64,000 bases of DNA, from the IMG/VR virus record IMGVR_UViG_3300009496_000005, positions 1-64,000 of that record, one strand, 5' to 3'. A program made the position numbers and the translations under genes. This document shows positions 48,174-58,906 of this stretch, piece after piece. Under the pieces are notes generated by a model. That model saw only the letters and a program-made list of their open reading frames with translations, made no database searches and was not told the origin of the DNA. This DNA comes from a virus. Within the stretch, counting starts at the first letter, position 1. Every line of letters starts with the position of its first letter.

Positions 48174-48850
48174 TGGAATTTCCAGTAAGATTAGTTTTAG
48201 CGGCTAGTAGTGCCGCACACAGAATTAACGATGGCTTTGTTAAGAAGTATGATGACAGCAAGAAAGAATCTAATAGTGCATTATTATACAAGCATTTCTT
48301 TCAAGGGCATGATCTTAAAGTAGAAGATCAAGACTATGAGATGGCTGATGAAATCATTGACTATCTAAAAGGTTTAGGTATCAAAGCAATGGAAAGGGAT
48401 CTAACTGATTTCGAAAGGAACGTTCTTAAGTTTGTTACTTCTGCTTCAGCAGGCAAAGACAAGATTGGTATTGCGGCTAGTTTACCTAAAGTATTTTTAA
48501 ACAAGGTAGAATCGGACAGTTGGGAAGATAGGGAAAGAGAGTTAGGTAGAACATCAGAATTTGTAGGTATACTTAACCAGCGAAATACATTTGATAACGC
48601 AACTATAGAGTATGTTAGATACATTCCTAAAACTATGAGTAACCTAGTTACTGCTAGTGTTGATGGTAAGCATATTATTAAGTTCTTCTTAAATGATGCA
48701 AAGGACATCAAAGTTCAATCAGGTAAGAAGGTAAAACTTGTAGGTTTTGTAAAAGCCCAAACTGTTAGCAAATGGACTGGCTTTAAAGAAACAATGATTA
48801 ATAGAATCAAATTCGAATCTGTTGGTAGCACCACTGAAAACAGTAAGTGA
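48173..48850 (+). CDS. hypothetical protein with possible C-terminal OB fold
   Basis: GFVKAQ...ETMINRIK beta pattern. Confidence 0.55.
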   Translation: MEFPVRLVLAASSAAHRINDGFVKKYDDSKKESNSALLYKHFFQGHDLKVEDQDYEMADEIIDYLKGLGIKAMERDLTDFERNVLKFVTSASAGKDKIGIAASLPKVFLNKVESDSWEDRERELGRTSEFVGILNQRNTFDNATIEYVRYIPKTMSNLVTASVDGKHIIKFFLNDAKDIKVQSGKKVKLVGFVKAQTVSKWTGFKETMINRIKFESVGSTTENSK

Positions 48851-48979
48851 GCGATAATGCTACTTCAAGAGTAGAGAAGCATAGCATGAGTGCCTGAACA
48901 CGCGGTTATGTCTACACAAATACCCCTCCCTAGTGAGGGGTTTTTTGTGATAAATATATGTATAACGGAGGGAGTTATA

Positions 48980-49282
48980 ATGGCAGACATAGAGAAAAAG
49001 ACAATACAGATAGAATTAGAAGTCGACACAAAAACAGTAGACAGCAGTAAGAACCCATGGCAAAAATGGATATACTTAGCACAGGCAGTAGATGCCTGGA
49101 GAATATTCCCAAGAGCATTCTTGAGTGTATATATCTTCTTGCTATACTATTCCACAATATGGTTCATGTCACTCGAGAGTCCTAGTTTAGAACAATCAGG
49201 GTTGATAAGTATTATTGTTGGAGCAGGTGCGGCATGGTTTGGTTTGTATGCAGGAACAAGTAAAAATAAAAATAACGATTAA
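48980..49282 (+). CDS. small two-TM late membrane protein (holin candidate)
   Basis: GATAAATA 48948, GGAGGGAG SD; DAWRIFPR plus two TM helices. Confidence 0.6.
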   Translation: MADIEKKTIQIELEVDTKTVDSSKNPWQKWIYLAQAVDAWRIFPRAFLSVYIFLLYYSTIWFMSLESPSLEQSGLISIIVGAGAAWFGLYAGTSKNKNND

Positions 49283-49284
49283 TA

Positions 49285-49593
49285 ATGTTTATAAAACACT
49301 TTGTAAGATTTAATACGAGAGAACAGTTAGAAGATTCAGATGTAATTGAATACTTCGATATTGTGCAGAGTATTATACCTACCAAATTAATTACTGGTAT
49401 AAGTAGCGACGGCGACAAGGTCAGTGTCGATGTAATGATATACAATGATGCAGACGATGAAGGCGAACTATTCATACACGAAATATTTTTAGAAAATGAT
49501 ATAGATGAAGAAGAAGGTGATGATATTTCGAATGAACTTTCAGATATGTTTCCTGAACTACAGTTTACATTCGAAGCATCTATAGAAGTATGA
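49285..49593 (+). CDS. acidic hypothetical protein
   Basis: ORF in operon. Confidence 0.6.
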   Translation: MFIKHFVRFNTREQLEDSDVIEYFDIVQSIIPTKLITGISSDGDKVSVDVMIYNDADDEGELFIHEIFLENDIDEEEGDDISNELSDMFPELQFTFEASIEV

Positions 49594-49799
49594 TCGTAAC
49601 TGTTCACTATACAGGCGACCAGTTTGTAGCATACGATGAGCAAGGTAACAAAGTTAAAAATAGAGATATACTAGAACAACTATCTTTTATGCAATTCCCT
49701 GGTTTCAAATCCACATTTCAAATAGAGGTTGACAATGCCGATATTTCTGCTAAAATACAACCATTGGATATAAATATTAACTTTAACACAGAGACATAA
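49590..49799 (+). CDS. hypothetical protein
   Basis: ATGA-coupled ORF. Confidence 0.55.
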   Translation: MIVTVHYTGDQFVAYDEQGNKVKNRDILEQLSFMQFPGFKSTFQIEVDNADISAKIQPLDININFNTET

Positions 49800-49801
49800 A
49801 C

Positions 49802-50065
49802 ATGGCATTTAATAGAACATTTAATCAAGAAGAAATCAACCGTTTAAAAAAACTAATTCAAGAAGGCGATCAAGTCCTTTATGAAGTAGAAGCATTGCAA
49901 ACTGGTTTGAGAGAAACAGTCAAAGCAATAGCAGAAGAAATGGAATTAAAACCAGCAATCTTAACTAAAGCAATCAAAGTTGCCCATAAGGCCAAGTTCC
50001 AAGAAGAATATGATAAGTTCGATGAACTAGAAACAATTTTGGAATCTGTAGGCAAAACATTATAA
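49802..50065 (+). CDS. dsDNA-binding protein (T4 DsbA/GapR-like)
   Basis: helical LRETVKAIAEEMELKPAILTKAIK pattern, upstream of polymerase. Confidence 0.55.
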   Translation: MAFNRTFNQEEINRLKKLIQEGDQVLYEVEALQTGLRETVKAIAEEMELKPAILTKAIKVAHKAKFQEEYDKFDELETILESVGKTL

Positions 50066-50071
50066 ACAGTA

Positions 50072-50752
50072 ATGGAACCTATCGCTACTCATTTTGATAG
50101 TCGCGGTCACAAAACTACTGTTTACGATAATGTTATGCCACAAGAAGCAATTGATTTATGGACAAGTCAACGTAAACAAATAAAGTTTTATAAGACAATA
50201 CAAGACAGAATTCCAATGTCATTTAGAGTCCATGCTGTAGATAGAGAAGAAAGGGATTCTTTTTTTGCATTGCAAGATTGGATAGGTCCTTATTTAAAGG
50301 ATTGGCATGAAGATATGACAACAGATCATTTTAATAGATCGTTTATAAATTGTTATCAAAAAGATGACCATATATTGCTACATGCTGATTTAGATGCAAA
50401 GCAATGGTCAGATGAACATAGGACTTGTGTAGCACTACTGTTTTTAACACCAGATAGTTACATTAATGACCCTGATGACTGTGGCTTTATAATTTCAGAT
50501 GGGCCAGACACAAATAATAATTTTGTTGTCTCTAACAAGTTTAATAGACTTATTTTAATGGATGCCAGAAGTTATCACGAACCGATAGTTCCTAATGATA
50601 ACGTTCAAAGGCTTACATTATATGCAGGTTATACACTATCTCCTTTAATGGTAGTTAGAGATGTTAGGAGAGAAAAATTTCAGATAATGACTGGTGTTGT
50701 TCCTGGAACTAATTATACATTCGATGTAAACGATTATGTATATATGGATTGA
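50072..50752 (+). CDS. 2OG-Fe(II) oxygenase
   Basis: LHAD...FNRLILMD...YH...R. Confidence 0.75.
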   Translation: MEPIATHFDSRGHKTTVYDNVMPQEAIDLWTSQRKQIKFYKTIQDRIPMSFRVHAVDREERDSFFALQDWIGPYLKDWHEDMTTDHFNRSFINCYQKDDHILLHADLDAKQWSDEHRTCVALLFLTPDSYINDPDDCGFIISDGPDTNNNFVVSNKFNRLILMDARSYHEPIVPNDNVQRLTLYAGYTLSPLMVVRDVRREKFQIMTGVVPGTNYTFDVNDYVYMD

Positions 50753-50824
50753 CAGATCCTAAAAGATTTGTTATAATATAATTTTGGTATTGCGACAGCC
50801 GAAAGTGTTGCTTGGAGAATATAG

Positions 50825-53521
50825 ATGAGTTATGTGGATGCATTCCATGATCAAAATAAAGATAAGATCTTTGTAGTAGAACGTATTGATGGAAAGCGAA
50901 CGATACAAGAACTACAACCTGAATATAATTTCTTTTATTCAGATCCCAAAGGTAAACATAGAAACATTTACAGCGAGCCTGTAACTGAAATTAGGTGCAG
51001 AAGTTTAAAAGACTTTAGAAAAAATGTTGCTATGAACAAAGGCAAAGGTCTTTGTGAAAGTGATATTAGGCCTATAAACAAAACAATAGCAAAGCACTAC
51101 AATGGTGCTGAACCTCCAAAACTACATACATGCTTTTTTGATATTGAGGTAGACTTTGATCCTGAGAGAGGATACAGTTCACCAGACGATCCTTTCACAC
51201 CAATTACTGCAATAGGTGTCTACTTAGATTGGCTAGAAGCAATGGTATGTTTAGCAGTTCCTCCTAAACGTATAACGTGGGAACAAGCAGAAGAAATGAC
51301 TAAGCACATGCCAGAGGTAAAACTTTGCCGCACAGAAGGAGAGATGCTTGAACTGTTCTTAGGACTAATTGATGATGCTGATATACTAAGCGGTTGGAAC
51401 TCAGAGGGATATGATATTCCTTACACACATAATAGGATTACTAGAGTATTAGGCAAGAAAGAAACTGCTAAACTATGCTTAATGGACAAGTATCCAAAGA
51501 AGAGAGTGTATGAAAGAATGGGATCAGAGAGAACTAGTTATGATCTCATAGGCAGAGTTCACTTAGACTATTTGGAGTTATACAGAAAATACAACTATGA
51601 AGAACGCCATAGTTATAGATTAGACTACATTGGTGAGATGGAGTTAGGTGAGAAGAAAGTTGCTTATGAAGGAAGTTTAGATAGGCTTTACAATTATGAC
51701 TTTGAAAAGTTTTGTGAATACAACATACAAGATGTTATGCTGTTAGCAAAGATGGATGTTAAGTTACAGTTTATTGATCTTGCTAATACTATTGCACATG
51801 ATAATACAGTATTACTTCCAGTAACAATGGGTGCTGTGGCAACAACAGAACAAGCAATCATTAATGAAGCACACAGACGTGACATGGTTGTGCCTGATAG
51901 GACTAAAACAAGAGATTCAGATTCGCTATGGGGACATACAGCGGCAGGTGCCTATGTGGCATTTCCTAAGAAAGGTATGCACGAGTGGGTAGGCTCAATG
52001 GACTTGAACAGTCTATATCCTAGTATATTCCGTGCTTTGAATATGGGAGCAGAAACAGTAGTAGGACAACTAAGACAAGATTACACTGATGAAGAAATTA
52101 GTAATAAGATTAAACTAGAAAAGAAATCATTTGCTGATGCTTGGTTAGGTAAGTTTGGTAGCAATGAATACGAAATGGTAATGGCTAAAGATGTTAACCA
52201 TACTATGAAATTAGATATGGCTGATGGAACTGTAGTAGATGTTACTGGTGCCGATGTTTATAACTTAATATTTAATAGTGGGCAACCTTGGAACATAAGT
52301 GCTAATGGCACGATATTTAAAACAGACTTTCAAGGCATAGTGCCTGGACTATTAGAACGTTGGTATTCAGAGCGTCAAGTAATGCAAAGCAACAAGAAGA
52401 AAGCAACTACAGATGCAGAACAAACATATTGGGATAAGAGGCAGTTAGTTAAGAAGATTAACTTAAACAGTTTGTATGGTGCGATACTTAATCCAGGATG
52501 TAGATTCTTTGATCATAGGATAGGACAATCAACTACATTAACAGGTAGAGCAATTACTAAACACATGGGTGCTGAAACAAATAAACTATTTACAGGCAAG
52601 TATGACCATACAGGTGATACTATTGTATATGGTGATACTGACTCTGTATACTTTACAGTAGTTCCGGCCTTAGAAGAAGGACAAGAACTTGATATGCAAG
52701 GTGCAATTAAATTATATGATCATGTTTCAGAGCAAGTCAGTAACACATTCCCACAGTTCTTAAAAGATAACTTTAATATTCCTAAGAGTTCCGGTGAGGT
52801 TATGAAAGCAGGACGAGAAGTAGTTGGTAGAGCAGGTGTGTTTATTACTAAGAAACGTTATGCGATTATGTGTTTAGATATAGAAGGTTATCAACCTGAA
52901 GGTGGTAAACTAAAAGCAATGGGCCTTGATCTTAAGAGATCAGATACTCCAGAGTTTATACAAGACTTCTTAGAAGAAATACTTATTGATTGCTTGAATG
53001 GTGTGCCAGAAGATACTGTTATAGAAAGAATTAGAGAATACAAGAAAGAATTTAGAATGCTTGAACCTTGGAAAAAAGGTATGCCTAAAAGAGCAAACAA
53101 TATGACAATGTATAGTGCTAGAGTCTTACAGCAGGCTAATGTGCCTGATAGTTACAGACTGCATAAATTAGATGCCTTAAAGAAAGAAACACAAAGCACA
53201 ATGGTTCCTGGGCATGTAAGAGCAAGTATTAATTGGAATAATTTAAAACAAGCGAACAGCGACAACTATAGCATGCCTGTAACGGATGGTGCAAAAGTAG
53301 TTGTATGCAGAATGAAAAGTAACCCAATGGGTTATACAAGTGTTGCATACCCAACAGACGAGCTCAACTTACCCAAGTGGTTCAAAGAGTTACCGTTCGA
53401 TGATGAAGCAATGGAAGAAGCAGTATTGGATAAGAAGGTAACCAATGTCATTGGAGCAATGGGATTTGACTTATCGAGAATACATGATAGTGAAACATTA
53501 CAACAGTTTTTTGAATTTTAA
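50825..53521 (+). CDS. family B DNA polymerase
   Basis: FFDIE (ExoI), GWNSEGYD, DLNSLYPS, KINLNSLYG, YGDTDS, KKRY. Confidence 0.97.
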   Translation: MSYVDAFHDQNKDKIFVVERIDGKRTIQELQPEYNFFYSDPKGKHRNIYSEPVTEIRCRSLKDFRKNVAMNKGKGLCESDIRPINKTIAKHYNGAEPPKLHTCFFDIEVDFDPERGYSSPDDPFTPITAIGVYLDWLEAMVCLAVPPKRITWEQAEEMTKHMPEVKLCRTEGEMLELFLGLIDDADILSGWNSEGYDIPYTHNRITRVLGKKETAKLCLMDKYPKKRVYERMGSERTSYDLIGRVHLDYLELYRKYNYEERHSYRLDYIGEMELGEKKVAYEGSLDRLYNYDFEKFCEYNIQDVMLLAKMDVKLQFIDLANTIAHDNTVLLPVTMGAVATTEQAIINEAHRRDMVVPDRTKTRDSDSLWGHTAAGAYVAFPKKGMHEWVGSMDLNSLYPSIFRALNMGAETVVGQLRQDYTDEEISNKIKLEKKSFADAWLGKFGSNEYEMVMAKDVNHTMKLDMADGTVVDVTGADVYNLIFNSGQPWNISANGTIFKTDFQGIVPGLLERWYSERQVMQSNKKKATTDAEQTYWDKRQLVKKINLNSLYGAILNPGCRFFDHRIGQSTTLTGRAITKHMGAETNKLFTGKYDHTGDTIVYGDTDSVYFTVVPALEEGQELDMQGAIKLYDHVSEQVSNTFPQFLKDNFNIPKSSGEVMKAGREVVGRAGVFITKKRYAIMCLDIEGYQPEGGKLKAMGLDLKRSDTPEFIQDFLEEILIDCLNGVPEDTVIERIREYKKEFRMLEPWKKGMPKRANNMTMYSARVLQQANVPDSYRLHKLDALKKETQSTMVPGHVRASINWNNLKQANSDNYSMPVTDGAKVVVCRMKSNPMGYTSVAYPTDELNLPKWFKELPFDDEAMEEAVLDKKVTNVIGAMGFDLSRIHDSETLQQFFEF

Positions 53522-53598
53522 TCGAAAAAAAATGGAAATAAGGACTTGACAAATCTAAATAGTAATGTATAATTTAAGTTTAATATTGGAGAATATAT

Positions 53599-54354
53599 AT
53601 GGCCGAAAATGCAATTAAAGATATCTTAAAAGATGTATTGAAACATACACATGGTTTAGGTATCTTCGAAATGGTAAAGATTACAGGAGACTTAGAAAAA
53701 ACAGTAATAGAAACTGTTGATGCTGATAAGACTGTTATCTTTAAAGGTGAAACACTAAACCCAGTTCCTGACTTTGTAGACTCTACAGTTGGGTTAAGCA
53801 GAATGGGTGTGCTACAAGGATATTTAAGTTATCCTAGTTTTGATAGTGACGATGCAACTGTGCAAGTAAAGTTTCAAGAAAGAAACGGATCTAACGTTCC
53901 AGTTGAAGTAGAATTTAACAGTGATGAAGGAACTGATGCTAATTATAGATTTATGTTAGCAGATGTTATTAACCAGCAACTTAAAAGCATTAAGTTCAAA
54001 GGTGCTGAGTTTGATATTAACATTGTTCCTACAGCAAAGAACTTAAAGGACTTAGGTTACTTTAACACAATTCTTAGTTCATATGAAGCAATGTTCTCAC
54101 CCTCTACTGATGGCACAGAACTATATTTTAATATAGGTGATGGTATTAGTGACAGGGCAAAAGTTCTTGTATCAGGTAGCATTGAAGGAGTTATTTCTAA
54201 AGATTGGAAATGGCCACTTGATGTTGTTCTTAGAATTCTAAGACTTGGAAACAGTGGTAATTGTGTTCTAAGTATTAACGATCAAGGATTATTACAAATT
54301 AAAGTAGATAGTGGACTAGGAGTCTACACTTACTTACTACCAGCAAAGAGTTAA
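53599..54354 (+). CDS. putative sliding clamp
   Basis: 251 aa, immediately after PolB, clamp-like C-terminal strand YTYLLPA; clamp loader present. Confidence 0.55.
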   Translation: MAENAIKDILKDVLKHTHGLGIFEMVKITGDLEKTVIETVDADKTVIFKGETLNPVPDFVDSTVGLSRMGVLQGYLSYPSFDSDDATVQVKFQERNGSNVPVEVEFNSDEGTDANYRFMLADVINQQLKSIKFKGAEFDINIVPTAKNLKDLGYFNTILSSYEAMFSPSTDGTELYFNIGDGISDRAKVLVSGSIEGVISKDWKWPLDVVLRILRLGNSGNCVLSINDQGLLQIKVDSGLGVYTYLLPAKS

Positions 54355-54357
54355 TTT

Positions 54358-55950
54358 ATGCATAATTTAGGCAAGACACAAAGTGATTACGCAGTATACT
54401 TACCTGCTATATCAAGTTTTTATACTAAGCAATTACAAAAATGCTTAGACAATCCGGACGAGTGGAGAACTATAGAAGGATTTGAAAAGGGTCTTGCTGG
54501 TTTAGATTTTCTTAAAGATGATAGTTACTTCCATTATCCATATGGTTTGTATTCGGCAGGTCATGCTCACTTAGATTTAGAGAAGAGTGAGAGAGACGAA
54601 GCAATGATACAAAATAGAGATCGTGGCAAAACAATGATACTTGGTGACTCAGGTGGATTCCAAATTGCTACTGGTGTTCTTAAAATGGATTGGGCAAACG
54701 CAAAAGATCCTAATGACCCTGCAAGGTTAGAACTTTGTCGTAAAATATTACAATGGGAAGAGCATACAGCCGATTGGGCAATGACTCTTGACATTCCAGG
54801 TTTTGCGGCGGCGCCACCTTACAGTGATAAAACAGGACTAGAGTCGTTTCAAGATACTGTTGATATTTCAGTATTAAATTTAGATTACTTCTTAAGGAAT
54901 AGAAATCCAGAGAAGTGTAAGTTCCTTAATGTGCTATCTGGTTCAGATGAATACAGTTCAGATGTATGGTATGAAGCAGTTAAGCACTTTAGTGATCCTG
55001 CTTTTGTTAAAGAAGCATACGGAGATGAGAATAGAGCATTAGAAGGTTACGCATTTGCAGGTATCAATATGCGTAATATGAGATGTGTATTAAAAAGAAT
55101 TCTTAAACTTCGTGAAGACGGCCTGCTTAAAAACAAAGGTTGGATACACTTTTTAGGAACTGGTAGATTACAATGGGCATGTCATTTAACATCAATACAA
55201 CGAATGTTAAGAAAGCACGATTCTCCTAATATCACACTTTCATTTGATGCGGCATCGCCCTTTGTAAATACTGCATACGGTCAAACTTATGCATACAACA
55301 TCTTTGAAAACAAAGGCAAAAGATTTGGTTACTTTATGGATAGAGCATTTGATAACCAGATGTTTAAAGGTAGTGATTTGCCTGCTCCGTTTGGACATAG
55401 TCCTATAATGAGTAGACTTACTATTGGTGACTTATGCTGTATGGCAGAAGGCGACCTTAATAGAAACGGTAAAGCAAAAGAGGCAGACTCTACAAGTTGG
55501 GATACATTAAGTTATATTTTATACATGGGTCATAGTGTATACAATCATATAAGTGCTGTTCAAGAAGCAAATAGGCTAACTGATATTGAGAAGCATAGAA
55601 TTAATTGGTCGCATAAAGACTTTATACATGATAAGAAAAGTAAAGCAACAAACGATATATCTCCGTATGTGCCTGCAGATGTAATAGCATTTGATAGTTT
55701 TGTCCAAGAGGTATTAGACCCAGCATGTCCTGACCCATACAAACTAATTGATGATTACGATAAACTTATACAACAAATAAACTTTGGTATATACAAAGTC
55801 GATAACGAAGATCCAGAGAATGCTCTTAATGCCTTCTTTGAAGAAACAACTAACCCAGTTGAAACAGGCGAGTTGCACGAAGATGAAGTTAGAGACTATG
55901 CCGACACTATGATGGACCCAGCAATGACAGGAGACTTTTTCGAAGAATGA
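54358..55950 (+). CDS. TGT-like (DpdA-like) guanine transglycosylase
   Basis: LGDSGGFQ, MTLDIP, HFLG, SFDAAS motifs; clustered with folE and QueD-like genes. Confidence 0.75.
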   Translation: MHNLGKTQSDYAVYLPAISSFYTKQLQKCLDNPDEWRTIEGFEKGLAGLDFLKDDSYFHYPYGLYSAGHAHLDLEKSERDEAMIQNRDRGKTMILGDSGGFQIATGVLKMDWANAKDPNDPARLELCRKILQWEEHTADWAMTLDIPGFAAAPPYSDKTGLESFQDTVDISVLNLDYFLRNRNPEKCKFLNVLSGSDEYSSDVWYEAVKHFSDPAFVKEAYGDENRALEGYAFAGINMRNMRCVLKRILKLREDGLLKNKGWIHFLGTGRLQWACHLTSIQRMLRKHDSPNITLSFDAASPFVNTAYGQTYAYNIFENKGKRFGYFMDRAFDNQMFKGSDLPAPFGHSPIMSRLTIGDLCCMAEGDLNRNGKAKEADSTSWDTLSYILYMGHSVYNHISAVQEANRLTDIEKHRINWSHKDFIHDKKSKATNDISPYVPADVIAFDSFVQEVLDPACPDPYKLIDDYDKLIQQINFGIYKVDNEDPENALNAFFEETTNPVETGELHEDEVRDYADTMMDPAMTGDFFEE

Positions 55951-56849
55951 ATACTGTCAAAATAGCATTATGTTACAGCGGATTAGTAAATACTTGGGGA
56001 TATTTAGATACCCATTATAAATTTACTAAGTTGTTTCCTAGTGCTGATAATTTTGATATAAATGTGTTTGTGCATAGTTGGGATATTGAGCAAAATAAAA
56101 TTAACATTAATAAGTTTAAAAGTGATTTAGAGAAACATGATGTGGTTAATTCTGTTAATGTAACTATTACTCCTTACAAAGAGTTTGATGATTACATTGA
56201 TTGGAAAGGCATAGAAAATGTATTTTTAACTTCAAAGATAAGAGACCAATTAGGAATTAAAGAACAAATAGTGCATTTAAGTTTATCAGATAATAAGAAA
56301 GAAATACTACGATATAAGTTTGCACAATTTTGGAGCCAATGGCAATGCTTCGACATGTTGACTGAAGACTATGACTTAGTTGTTAGGATAAGACCTGATG
56401 TAAAAATAAACAGAGTTATGGAACATGTTGTAACAGAAAAACGTTTTCCTAAACAAACAACTTTTGAAGATTACATAAGTCTTATAAATAGCCCAACAGG
56501 TATTGATACAATAATAGGTATACGTTCATTAGATAATTTGTATGTTCCTAACCATCCTGTGGTGTTTGTAGATCTAAATCAAGGCGATATGGGTGTAACT
56601 AAGTATGGAACTAACATGGCTGATTGGTGTTGGTATATGGCAGGCAAAGACTTTAAAAAATTACAAAATAAATTTAATGATACAGAAGACTTTCTGAATG
56701 AGTTAGTAACTGTATATTTACAAATGGAAGATGATATGGAAGACCATGGAATGCATAGAGCATTGTGTAAAGTATTAATTGATCACGGTGCTATAGTTTA
56801 TCCTTGGCCAGTTCTTGAAACATCTTTGGAGTGGGTATATAATGGATAA
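55947..56849 (+). CDS. glycosyltransferase-like protein
   Basis: KIALCYSG, FVHSWD, YDLVVRIRPD. Confidence 0.5.
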   Translation: MNTVKIALCYSGLVNTWGYLDTHYKFTKLFPSADNFDINVFVHSWDIEQNKININKFKSDLEKHDVVNSVNVTITPYKEFDDYIDWKGIENVFLTSKIRDQLGIKEQIVHLSLSDNKKEILRYKFAQFWSQWQCFDMLTEDYDLVVRIRPDVKINRVMEHVVTEKRFPKQTTFEDYISLINSPTGIDTIIGIRSLDNLYVPNHPVVFVDLNQGDMGVTKYGTNMADWCWYMAGKDFKKLQNKFNDTEDFLNELVTVYLQMEDDMEDHGMHRALCKVLIDHGAIVYPWPVLETSLEWVYNG

Positions 56850-57354
56850 TAGAGACGGGCACACAGAAGACACAAGATACTTTATAGGCACAGAAGTAGA
56901 GCATACTCCAGCATACGGACAGAAAACATTGTTTGTAATAGGAGTGCAAAACTTAAAAGAAATACTTGCTAGAGCATTAAACAACAACTGCCCTCATATT
57001 TACTTAGGTGCTAATCAATCATTCCATCCTGAAACAGAAGCAGAGTGGACTGAATGGAACTTTGTTATAGGTGGCTTAGTAAGTGAAGGCATTTGGGTAA
57101 CACTGGATTATGATATTAAGTATCATGAAGAAGTATTAGAAGAAGGCTGGAATGAACAAAACAATTTTATATCTATGATTAGTGTGAAGATACCTTACAT
57201 AGAGGCTCTGAACTACAATGCTTGTATAAAGTTTGACGATAAGGGATTTGATGCAACCAACCCAGGTGTTTGGGTGCGATCAATACATGAACTACAGTCA
57301 CGTAAAGGATTTACCGACTGGACCAAATACACCAAGGATGAAATAATTGATTAA
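56842..57354 (+). CDS. hypothetical protein in deazaguanine cluster
   Basis: FIGTEVEHTP, HIYLGANQSF, ATNPGVW. Confidence 0.7.
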   Translation: MDNRDGHTEDTRYFIGTEVEHTPAYGQKTLFVIGVQNLKEILARALNNNCPHIYLGANQSFHPETEAEWTEWNFVIGGLVSEGIWVTLDYDIKYHEEVLEEGWNEQNNFISMISVKIPYIEALNYNACIKFDDKGFDATNPGVWVRSIHELQSRKGFTDWTKYTKDEIID

Positions 57355-57527
57355 TGATTATTGAAATAAAAGCAACAGATGATGATGGGATTGTGACTAG
57401 TATTACTATAGACGAAGATGTCTATAATGATGAAGGATTAGAAAACATATTTAAAAAGTTTACTATCTTTATGATAAAGAATGGTGCTGACCTCCCAGAA
57501 GAGATAACGGATTTTTTAGATGCATAA
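57354..57527 (+). CDS. small acidic protein (57 aa, not in ORF track)
   Basis: TAATG-coupled ORF. Confidence 0.5.
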   Translation: MIIEIKATDDDGIVTSITIDEDVYNDEGLENIFKKFTIFMIKNGADLPEEITDFLDA

Positions 57528-57675
57528 AATGTGGCATCACAACTGTATAGAGATGGGCCCAACAGCAACATTACATGGTGAGCCATGCAGTTGGTGTGAT
57601 GTTACACAAGAACATATAGAACAAGATGTATTGAATAAACCAATACAGTTAGAAGGAGAAGATTATAATGAGTAG
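57520..57675 (+). CDS. small His/Cys protein (51 aa, not in ORF track)
   Basis: WHHNC...EPCSWC; fills gap between coupled genes. Confidence 0.45.
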   Translation: MHKMWHHNCIEMGPTATLHGEPCSWCDVTQEHIEQDVLNKPIQLEGEDYNE

Positions 57676-58330
57676 AATTAAAAAGGCAGTATTGTTTATT
57701 ATTGTATTAGTTGTATTCTTATTAATTGCTACTCCGGCCCATGCAACAGGTAGTGCTAAGTTTGGCTTAACACAAATTAACAGTGACTCAACAACACTTA
57801 AAGCAAGTATAGATAACAGTTGGGATTTAGATTTAGTTGGAATAGTATTAGAAACTGATTATGTTTACAAAGAGCAAGACGAAATTGTTAAAATGGATAA
57901 GTTCAGTGCTATAGGTAAAGTAAACAAAGAATTGTCAGAGAAGTATTATGCATTTAGTGTAGTAAGTTATGATGCAGATAAATTAAGAACATCAGGTGAT
58001 AGGATAGTTGGAGGTGCTGGTATTGGTTGGAAGATACTTAGAACTGATAATTGGAAGATCAGTCATGAAAGTTCAGTAGCATATCTTACAAACGATGCAG
58101 TAAGCGAAGCAATATTTAGAAACAGTTTATGGATATTTTATAAACTAAATGACAGTTTAAGTATTACTAATAAACTGCTTAATGAAACTGGCACCGATAC
58201 ATATTTGCGTAATGAAACATCAATCAATTACAGTTTAACAGAAACAGTTAGTATTGGGTTTAGTAATACATACACTGAAGACCCGGTTGACAATAATGTA
58301 TTAAGTGTTACAATAGGAGTTAAGTGGTAA
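57668..58330 (+). CDS. DUF481/YdiY-like outer-membrane beta-barrel
   Basis: signal peptide (AHA), amphipathic strands, GAGIGWK, C-terminal Trp. Confidence 0.7.
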   Translation: MSRIKKAVLFIIVLVVFLLIATPAHATGSAKFGLTQINSDSTTLKASIDNSWDLDLVGIVLETDYVYKEQDEIVKMDKFSAIGKVNKELSEKYYAFSVVSYDADKLRTSGDRIVGGAGIGWKILRTDNWKISHESSVAYLTNDAVSEAIFRNSLWIFYKLNDSLSITNKLLNETGTDTYLRNETSINYSLTETVSIGFSNTYTEDPVDNNVLSVTIGVKW

Positions 58331-58332
58331 TA

Positions 58333-58749
58333 ATGACTGAAAAAACATATATTTTAAAACCTAAAAACAAAAAAAGTTTAGTGGAAAGAGTTATCTACGA
58401 AAAAGACGGAACTGTATTTTCTTACACTGAAGGCTATACCGGTGGCGAGTGGTTTTTTGTTGGTAATGAAGAACAAATGAAAATGTTACTTCCACCATTA
58501 GATGATGACTCTGTAGATATGAATATGTATCCTGATTGGGAATTTGTAGAGTCTGGGCAAGGACACACAAACGATTGGGAATTTGTAGGGCCTGCTGATG
58601 CTGAACTTGTGGAAGAAGCAGAGAACATCATGGAAGAAGATGGTCATTGGGCATTAGAAGAAGCAGGTTGGTGTTATGAAGATACTGAATGGTTAGTTTA
58701 TAATGGATTAGAATTGACCGTTGAGGAGAAAAATAATGAACAATTTTGA
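58333..58749 (+). CDS. acidic hypothetical protein
   Basis: KKSLVE; promoter TTGACA-N16-TACAAT at 58287-58314. Confidence 0.65.
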   Translation: MTEKTYILKPKNKKSLVERVIYEKDGTVFSYTEGYTGGEWFFVGNEEQMKMLLPPLDDDSVDMNMYPDWEFVESGQGHTNDWEFVGPADAELVEEAENIMEEDGHWALEEAGWCYEDTEWLVYNGLELTVEEKNNEQF

Positions 58750-58906
58750 TAAAAACTTTCACATAAACTTTAGTCCACTATATTTTGCATTTGCATTTAT
58801 GATGTTCATGCTATGGGCAAGTGAGGCGAAGGCCAGTGAGATAGAAAATGAAAGAACATTGTCCATATGGACATGTAGTTTTGAAGGAAATACCTTTAGA
58901 ATTTAA
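58736..58906 (+). CDS. short signal-peptide-bearing ORF (possible remnant)
   Basis: GAGGAG SD; hydrophobic core, AKA cleavage site, short tail. Confidence 0.45.
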   Translation: MNNFDKNFHINFSPLYFAFAFMMFMLWASEAKASEIENERTLSIWTCSFEGNTFRI

